Both the position numbers and the translations under genes were made by a program. 20,000 nucleotides of DNA from an uncultured virus (IMG/VR IMGVR_UViG_3300042869_000273) (taxonomy: Duplodnaviria; Heunggongvirae; Uroviricota; Caudoviricetes), in IMG/VR virus record IMGVR_UViG_3300042869_000273, one strand, 5' to 3'. How positions within the stretch are numbered: position 1 is the first letter of the stretch; the number at the start of each line of letters is the position of its first letter. Below are positions 14,634 through 20,000 of this stretch, one piece after another. The notes under the pieces are model-generated. The model saw only the letters and a list, made by a program, of their open reading frames with translations, did not search any database and was not told the DNA's origin.

Positions 14634-14799
14634 ATTCAACCTTGTTTAAAAATACTTCTGCATCTTCTTTAGTTTTAAATGGTCCATAGATACTATCTGA
14701 ATCATAATGGTAAGCAGTAAATGTATTATCATTAGGGTCTTCAGTTACATCACCAATTGGATAGCCAAATAAATCTTCAAGAGTATAAACTACTTTCAT
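14620..14799 (-). CDS. Hypothetical protein
   Basis: Start 14799 gives an ATGA overlap with the upstream stop. Confidence 0.65.
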   Translation of the reverse strand: MKVVYTLEDLFGYPIGDVTEDPNDNTFTAYHYDSDSIYGPFKTKEDAEVFLNKVEYDLR

Positions 14800-15050
14800 A
14801 CTGTGTTTCCTAAAAATGTCCATGTTTTAGGTAATATAAATCCAAACTCTCTCTTGAATTTGAATCTCATAAATACCTGAAGTTCTTCAAATGTTTTATC
14901 TAGTAAAATCTTCTTTATAAAAATTTGTGCAAGTATTTGCCTTGTATTTCTATTTAAAAGTTGTACTTTAACTGTTCCATCTTTCTCTGGTTTAAAACGG
15001 TTGTATGCAATAATAACGTGTTCTAATTTAACATTTTTATTGGCGTTCAT
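14796..15050 (-). CDS. Hypothetical basic protein
   Basis: ORF-track protein; ATG at 15050 preferred. Confidence 0.6.
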   Translation of the reverse strand: MNANKNVKLEHVIIAYNRFKPEKDGTVKVQLLNRNTRQILAQIFIKKILLDKTFEELQVFMRFKFKREFGFILPKTWTFLGNTV

Positions 15051-15196
15051 TCTCAATTACCTTGTATAACTTTTTTCTAAGTAATGCTAATTCTTCTACG
15101 TTTTCAAGTGTTGCTTCTCCTGATATCTGTATTAAACTTAATAATAAAAATCTTTTAACAATTTTATTTTGCTCTCGAATTAATTTATCTACTATT

Positions 15197-15394
15197 TTAA
15201 TCAATCCAAGTTGCTCCTACTACTGATGGATAAAATCCGCTTACCATATTATTTTTCTTTACATATACTAATCCAGTAGAACTAGAGTTATGTGGTTTAA
15301 CGAAACTAACAATTTCACAAAGATCACCACGGAAGGTTTTAACTTTATCTCCTTCCATTACACAACGACCTGTATCATCATAAACTAGTTTCAT
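15197..15394 (-). CDS. Hypothetical protein
   Basis: 65-aa ORF with AAGGAG RBS right after the peptidase. Confidence 0.7.
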   Translation of the reverse strand: MKLVYDDTGRCVMEGDKVKTFRGDLCEIVSFVKPHNSSSTGLVYVKKNNMVSGFYPSVVGATWID

Positions 15395-15396
15395 GT

Positions 15397-16542
15397 TTAC
15401 TCCTTGTATAATATATCAAACAAATACTCAATTACTTGATGCTCTTCATAACCTACACGAATCATATCCTCTGCATCAAGAATAACTTCCTCTGTTAATG
15501 CATTTCTGTTTAAGAATTTAATTGCAGTATCTGGATTTTCAGGATGAATAAAGTTAGCTACTAAGTTTAATAACTCCGTCTTTAAACCAAACTTAGCATC
15601 TGCTAAACAATCAATCAACGCAGTAGCTTCTTCCGTATATGTTGTTGGACCTACAGGATCTTCATCGTTATCTAAACCATAATCAGCAGAAGGGGTTCCA
15701 TAGTTACTATAGCCATAAGCATCTTTATTATACGTAGGAAATGAGGTATAATAAGTAGGCGCAAGCTCATCTGGATCTGGTAAACTTGGATCACGAACTA
15801 CTGGTAATTTATCCCATTCAAGCTTTAATACTGCGTCTGCTAGATCTTTAAAATGAATCATATCTAGCTTCTCGTTAGAAGTATGCTCTGAATAATAGCC
15901 AACACTAATATTAGTACATTCAGGAATTATTCCAGAAAATTCAGCAGTATCAGTATAAACGCCAGTATCATCAGGAACATACATAAAATCACCGCATAAA
16001 TCGTTAAGCTGATCAGATAATGCGTAAGCAAAATCATCAGAACAAGTACGACCACACATTTGATGAGTAATAACACTGTGAGTTCCTTTACGATCGAATG
16101 TAATTGCTCTAGTAAACTGTTCAACTAGTTCTTGATCATTCAATGCAAGCCAGCTAGAACCGATACCACCCTTTTCTTCACCTTGAAAGAACACATAGTA
16201 ACCAGGTACTCTGTGATCAATCATATGAAGTAGAATAGCAACACCTGCACCATCATCAGCGCCTAGAGGTTTTCCTCCATCAGCTAATAAATAATCACCC
16301 TCATATTTAAAGAGATTTAATCCATCTTCACGATGTACAGTGTCTACGTGAGCAGTAAACATAGTCTCGTTAGATGAGTCATCTCTCATATCTACGTGGA
16401 TATTGCCACAAAAGTCTACGGATAGATCTCCCTCACCAACTCTTTCTACAATATAGTTGCAGAGGGCAGTTACCCCAGTACCACCATGTGGCCTCTTAAA
16501 GGATAATGCATATTCCAAGTCTTCAATCAACTGAGTAGTCAT
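15397..16542 (-). CDS. Zn-dependent peptidase/amidohydrolase, M20/M28/M42 clan
   Basis: Metal ligand motifs AHVDTVH, LGADDGAG, GEEKG, FDRKG, YTD, GYYSEH. Confidence 0.88.
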   Translation of the reverse strand: MTTQLIEDLEYALSFKRPHGGTGVTALCNYIVERVGEGDLSVDFCGNIHVDMRDDSSNETMFTAHVDTVHREDGLNLFKYEGDYLLADGGKPLGADDGAGVAILLHMIDHRVPGYYVFFQGEEKGGIGSSWLALNDQELVEQFTRAITFDRKGTHSVITHQMCGRTCSDDFAYALSDQLNDLCGDFMYVPDDTGVYTDTAEFSGIIPECTNISVGYYSEHTSNEKLDMIHFKDLADAVLKLEWDKLPVVRDPSLPDPDELAPTYYTSFPTYNKDAYGYSNYGTPSADYGLDNDEDPVGPTTYTEEATALIDCLADAKFGLKTELLNLVANFIHPENPDTAIKFLNRNALTEEVILDAEDMIRVGYEEHQVIEYLFDILYKE

Positions 16543-17888
16543 TCTGTTTCTTCCAATGTTACTGGCACATGTTCAGGGTGATAGGTCTTACCATTAAATT
16601 CTACTGGCTCTGCATCATCTACTAAATACCAAGTAAGTGATGCATAACAGCAATACACTTCATGTCTTGGATATGCCATACCATCATGCAAGAGTATCCA
16701 ATCTTTATCTGGACCTACATCAGTTTTTAATACACGGACATCGTCACTATTAGTCTCATATGTATCCTCTTCTTTGGCATATTCACCATCTTGTATCTCT
16801 ACTAAATCGTGATGATCTAAATACTCCATATGATAGTATTCCCCTTCAAAGCTAATCACATTATCCTCGTGAATACGCTCTTTGTAAAGACTATTATCTA
16901 CATAAGCCATCACATAATAATTGTCTGCACAATCGTAGCATACATCATCATCTTCATATACAGACCTCATATCATCTGAGTTATAGTACTCATCACAACA
17001 GTTACAATGACAATCAGCACTATTACAAGGATTACCATCAGTATTAGTGCATTCAAAGTCACCATCCTCACGGATAGCTAAACTATAAGACACTTCTTTA
17101 TAAGTACGACCACTTACCTTACTTACTCGTTGATAATTTCCATCAATATACGGAGCTAAGAACTCATTATTATGGTTAAATAGCTTTAAAGGTGTTCCAT
17201 CAGGCCATTCATCATACTTTTGATAACCTGTCTCTTTTAACCAGTACTCTAAAGACTCATCAGCATAGCTATAGTCAGTACCTCGTTTATAAGTACGAAC
17301 AAAACACTTTTCCTTATCATCAGATGAGTGCCATAATAATGCACGACCAGTAATTACTTTAGAATCAGCGTCAATCCTAACCGCTGCTTTCCAACCTAAT
17401 TCAGGGGCATATACACGATATGGGTGTAAGTAGTCAGGACAGTAGTCATCATGCCCAGGTGTATAGGCAGAATCCCAAGTCATGCAAGAACGTGGACCTT
17501 TCTGAACACTTAAAACAATACCATCTGAATCTTCCCAGATTTCAAAAGTATCATTACGACATCTAGTAGAATAGTCACGTATCTCATGATCTTTTAGTTT
17601 AGGAAACATTCTACGAATATAACGACCAAAGGTAGTTACAGTTTGACGATCATTTTCACCTGAACGCTCATCACGAGTATAAGCAACATTACTAGCATCC
17701 TTAATAGACTGATGAGGATACTCAAGTGCTAACAAGCGATAATTTTCAGGCACATGAGTCTTCATGATCTCTTTAATTACAGGATGAAAGTCATAAGCTT
17801 TCTGTTCTCTAGCATGCCAATCTCTTGACATACGAAGGATCTCTAATACTACAGGAAATTTAGTTTCTAATTCTTGAATTGTGATCAT
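16539..17888 (-). CDS. Hypothetical 449-aa protein with Cys/His-rich acidic C-terminal region
   Basis: Long ORF coupled to the peptidase (ATGA); SCM...GRALLW...RTY core and CHCNCC/CYDC clusters. Confidence 0.8.
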   Translation of the reverse strand: MITIQELETKFPVVLEILRMSRDWHAREQKAYDFHPVIKEIMKTHVPENYRLLALEYPHQSIKDASNVAYTRDERSGENDRQTVTTFGRYIRRMFPKLKDHEIRDYSTRCRNDTFEIWEDSDGIVLSVQKGPRSCMTWDSAYTPGHDDYCPDYLHPYRVYAPELGWKAAVRIDADSKVITGRALLWHSSDDKEKCFVRTYKRGTDYSYADESLEYWLKETGYQKYDEWPDGTPLKLFNHNNEFLAPYIDGNYQRVSKVSGRTYKEVSYSLAIREDGDFECTNTDGNPCNSADCHCNCCDEYYNSDDMRSVYEDDDVCYDCADNYYVMAYVDNSLYKERIHEDNVISFEGEYYHMEYLDHHDLVEIQDGEYAKEEDTYETNSDDVRVLKTDVGPDKDWILLHDGMAYPRHEVYCCYASLTWYLVDDAEPVEFNGKTYHPEHVPVTLEETE

Positions 17889-18213
17889 TTATTTCTCTCG
17901 AAAGATTTAAAATATAATTTGCTTTCTGGAAAACCCAAGGGTTTCTATGTGGTAGGTGTGCTCCAGTAGCACCATCCCAATCTCTAAATTCCCAATCGTA
18001 AAAATCGATTCTTAAACAACTTGGGTGTTCTTCTTGTAGTTTTTGTAATTCATCAGCCCATGCTTGCCACTGATGATCAGAGATTATGCTTTCATTTAGC
18101 TCATAATAGATACACGAATGTACTAACATTTGTGATCTTCGTCTTCTTACTAGTTCTACTAATTCAGGTAAACAAGTAGTTTTAGTAATCGTTATCTTCT
18201 TAGGTTTAGGCAT
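17860..18213 (-). CDS. Stand-alone protein resembling domain Ia of NAD+-dependent DNA ligase
   Basis: HSCIYYELNESIISDHQWQAWADELQKLQEEHP matches the H-x-x-x-YY-x-x-D-x-P-x-ISD-x-x-YD-x-L-x-x-EL-x-x-LE-x-x-HP pattern; no KxDG adenylation domain. Confidence 0.7.
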   Translation of the reverse strand: MPKPKKITITKTTCLPELVELVRRRRSQMLVHSCIYYELNESIISDHQWQAWADELQKLQEEHPSCLRIDFYDWEFRDWDGATGAHLPHRNPWVFQKANYILNLSREINDHNSRIRN

Positions 18214-18472
18214 CTTCCCTATTCAACATCATAGTCATTGCTTCGTATCTAAGCCTTGTAGGTGGGCCTTCCTCTAACAAATCCAATGTATCCTGAAACA
18301 ATCTGATCTGGTCCCAATCAAATGAATGGTTCCCATGAACTATACTGCTTGATTTAATTAAACGTAAAACTACATAAAACTGATACGTTGGTGGTCTAAA
18401 AAAATTACCCATAGTATCAACTGCATGCATCTCTTCCATTAAATCATTTGCTAATGCTACTAGAGTTTTCAT
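18206..18472 (-). CDS. Hypothetical protein
   Basis: ORF overlapping neighbours; ATG at 18472 preferred. Confidence 0.65.
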   Translation of the reverse strand: MKTLVALANDLMEEMHAVDTMGNFFRPPTYQFYVVLRLIKSSSIVHGNHSFDWDQIRLFQDTLDLLEEGPPTRLRYEAMTMMLNREDA

Positions 18473-18755
18473 GTTCACTTGTGATTTCCTTTATGATATA
18501 ACTTCTTACATCCATCATTGTAGATTGATATGGATTATAAGTATCCCTCCAACTAAATCTATCACCTTTTGATTCTATTTTCCTTCTACGTGTATTATTA
18601 ATATTACCTATGGCAAGAGTTATAATTTTATCTGCAAAAAAATGTTCTCTACCTAGATAATTTACTTTAGGTTTAAAATCCTTTACTCCTTCAAGTACTT
18701 TATATTCTCTAAGCATCTTCTTAGCTTCTATTGATAACATGTTTGATTTAGACAT
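18444..18755 (-). CDS. Hypothetical basic protein
   Basis: 103-aa ORF with AAGGA RBS. Confidence 0.65.
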   Translation of the reverse strand: MSKSNMLSIEAKKMLREYKVLEGVKDFKPKVNYLGREHFFADKIITLAIGNINNTRRRKIESKGDRFSWRDTYNPYQSTMMDVRSYIIKEITSEHENSSSISK

Positions 18756-18963
18756 TACTCATATCCTTCCTGCATAATGCACAAATTTTATTCAATTTAG
18801 GAAGTGAGTCTAATGCTTCAGAGAGACCCTCATAAGCATAGTGACTAGCACAGGCATAACCATTCTCGAAATCATTTTTAATATCATCTGTTTTACTTTC
18901 ATTTTTAAATCTATCTAAAAGTTTAAGTAGTAGTTTATAATTCTCGATTGGAATTGATATCAT
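18748..18963 (-). CDS. Hypothetical protein
   Basis: 71-aa ORF with GAGG RBS. Confidence 0.65.
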   Translation of the reverse strand: MISIPIENYKLLLKLLDRFKNESKTDDIKNDFENGYACASHYAYEGLSEALDSLPKLNKICALCRKDMSNV

Positions 18964-19135
18964 TTAACCTCTTTAAAATACGTGTGATTTGGCCAAGACT
19001 TTTATTATAAGAATGTTTAAGTTCCTCATCAGTACATAATGAATTAGAGAATTGCCAATAACTCTTTTCCATTTGTTGTTCTACTTCCTTTAGTTCATAA
19101 TGCAACCAATCTTCAATATCTTTTTCACTTATCAT
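18935..19135 (-). CDS. Hypothetical protein
   Basis: 66-aa ORF with AAGGA RBS. Confidence 0.65.
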   Translation of the reverse strand: MISEKDIEDWLHYELKEVEQQMEKSYWQFSNSLCTDEELKHSYNKSLGQITRILKRLNDINSNREL

Positions 19136-19146
19136 AGTATCCTTGA

Positions 19147-19178
19147 TAAAATAGCCCCAACTATTTCTAGTCAGGGCT
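19147..19178 (-). terminator. Intrinsic terminator-like hairpin after clpP
   Basis: AGCCCTGACTA-GAAA-TAGTTGGGGCT (11 bp, 2 G-U, GNRA loop) followed by ATTTTA. Confidence 0.7.
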
Positions 19179-19182
19179 TGGG

Positions 19183-19866
19183 TTACGGATTTTTAATCAC
19201 CTCATCTACAATACCATGTATAACTGCTTCATCTGGGGAGAAAAAGCAATCTGATTGTTGTAGTAAGTGTTTACGAATATATGCTACAGATTTACCTGTA
19301 CATTTACGATAATGGGTTAGCATTCTTGCGGAATCTAATTGAAAGTCTTTTGAAGCAGCAGCTATTTCATGTTCTTTACCAACTACTCCACGAGAGAATT
19401 GATGAGACATTACAGAACAATTTTCAGTAATAAACCGATTGCCTTTAGCTCCAGCCATTAATAACATTACCCCAGCAGATGCAATTTCACCTGTACCAAT
19501 AGTAGCTATTGGAATAGTAGACTGTTTAATAGTGTCAATTAAATGATATGCTGATGAAACAAAACCACCTGGACTGTTAATAAATAGTACTAATTTAGTT
19601 GGTTGATCTTCTTTAGCCATAAGATTATATTCCATAATAGCCATAATAATAGGCTGTACAGAATCGTCTTCTACTTCACCCATAAGATACATAATGCCAT
19701 TACGCATAATGTTCTTTCCAAACCAATAGTAATTACCTTCATTATCTTCAGGAATTACAGGTTGAGGTGGATTTGGGGACTCTGGCTCTTGAGGTGCTTT
19801 AGGTCTAGCCTTCGCATTAAATACACTTGAGTAGCTTTTGAACTGGCAACCGAATAGTTTGCTCAT
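19183..19866 (-). CDS. clpP: ClpP-like serine protease
   Basis: LFINSPGG, catalytic Ser in GEIASAG, His in VMSHQ, FFSPDEAVIHGIVDEV; start at 19866 has a TAAGGA RBS. Confidence 0.9.
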   Translation of the reverse strand: MSKLFGCQFKSYSSVFNAKARPKAPQEPESPNPPQPVIPEDNEGNYYWFGKNIMRNGIMYLMGEVEDDSVQPIIMAIMEYNLMAKEDQPTKLVLFINSPGGFVSSAYHLIDTIKQSTIPIATIGTGEIASAGVMLLMAGAKGNRFITENCSVMSHQFSRGVVGKEHEIAAASKDFQLDSARMLTHYRKCTGKSVAYIRKHLLQQSDCFFSPDEAVIHGIVDEVIKNP

Positions 19867-20000
19867 CTGATAATTCCTTAGTTGAAATAAATAGCTCTGC
19901 TGGTTCAAGATAAATATCTGCTGGAGTTGTTACTTTCCAACGACCAATAGATCCTGACCGATTAATAATTTTGTTGTTTAGTTCATTTAACGCAACTAAA
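19817..20000 (-). CDS. 3' end of a hypothetical gene entering from the right edge
   Basis: Open frame ...LVALNELNNKIINRSGSIGRWKVTTPADIYLEPAELFISTKELSDEQTIRLPVQKLLKCI*. Confidence 0.5.
   Translation of the reverse strand, partial: LVALNELNNKIINRSGSIGRWKVTTPADIYLEPAELFISTKELSDEQTIRLPVQKLLKCI

Noticed and set aside
7750..16124. Nested minus-strand ORFs 7750-7944, 8698-8964, 12342-12527, 15927-16124
   Set aside because: Out-of-frame overlaps within stronger genes; no motifs or independent support.
297..19830. Plus-strand ORFs in the track (e.g. 297-518, 382-699, 1094-1297, 2958-3254, 8847-9134, 19603-19830)
   Set aside because: All are antisense shadows of well-supported minus-strand genes, with no recognisable motifs.

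Overview
The window is a segment of an AT-rich tailed dsDNA phage genome with all credible genes on the minus strand; spanin genes imply a Gram-negative host. In transcription order (right to left) it starts with a ClpP-like protease and terminator. About 9 kb of densely packed, mostly small genes follow, including a stand-alone NAD-ligase domain Ia protein, a Cys-rich 449-aa protein paired with an M20/M28-type Zn peptidase, and a CMP/dCMP-type deaminase. Next is a SleB-like cell-wall hydrolase and a ~380-bp non-coding control region. The late region then holds a putative small terminase, the large terminase, an RNA cluster (initiator tRNA-Met, a compact pseudoknot-like element, an aberrant tRNA-like element), a long lysis/membrane cassette (i-spanin, o-spanin, GH19 endolysin, DUF4337-like protein, 3TM holin), PhoH, portal and a probable minor head protein. 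Three signals stand out. (1) Two identical 21-bp elements resemble SP6/T7-type single-subunit RNA polymerase promoters, yet precede a non-T7-type packaging module. (2) A 30-bp RNA hairpin has 8 G-U pairs, a cUUCGg loop and a U15 tail. (3) A structured-RNA cluster sits between the terminase and the lysis genes. Family assignments come from motif recognition by eye, not database searches.
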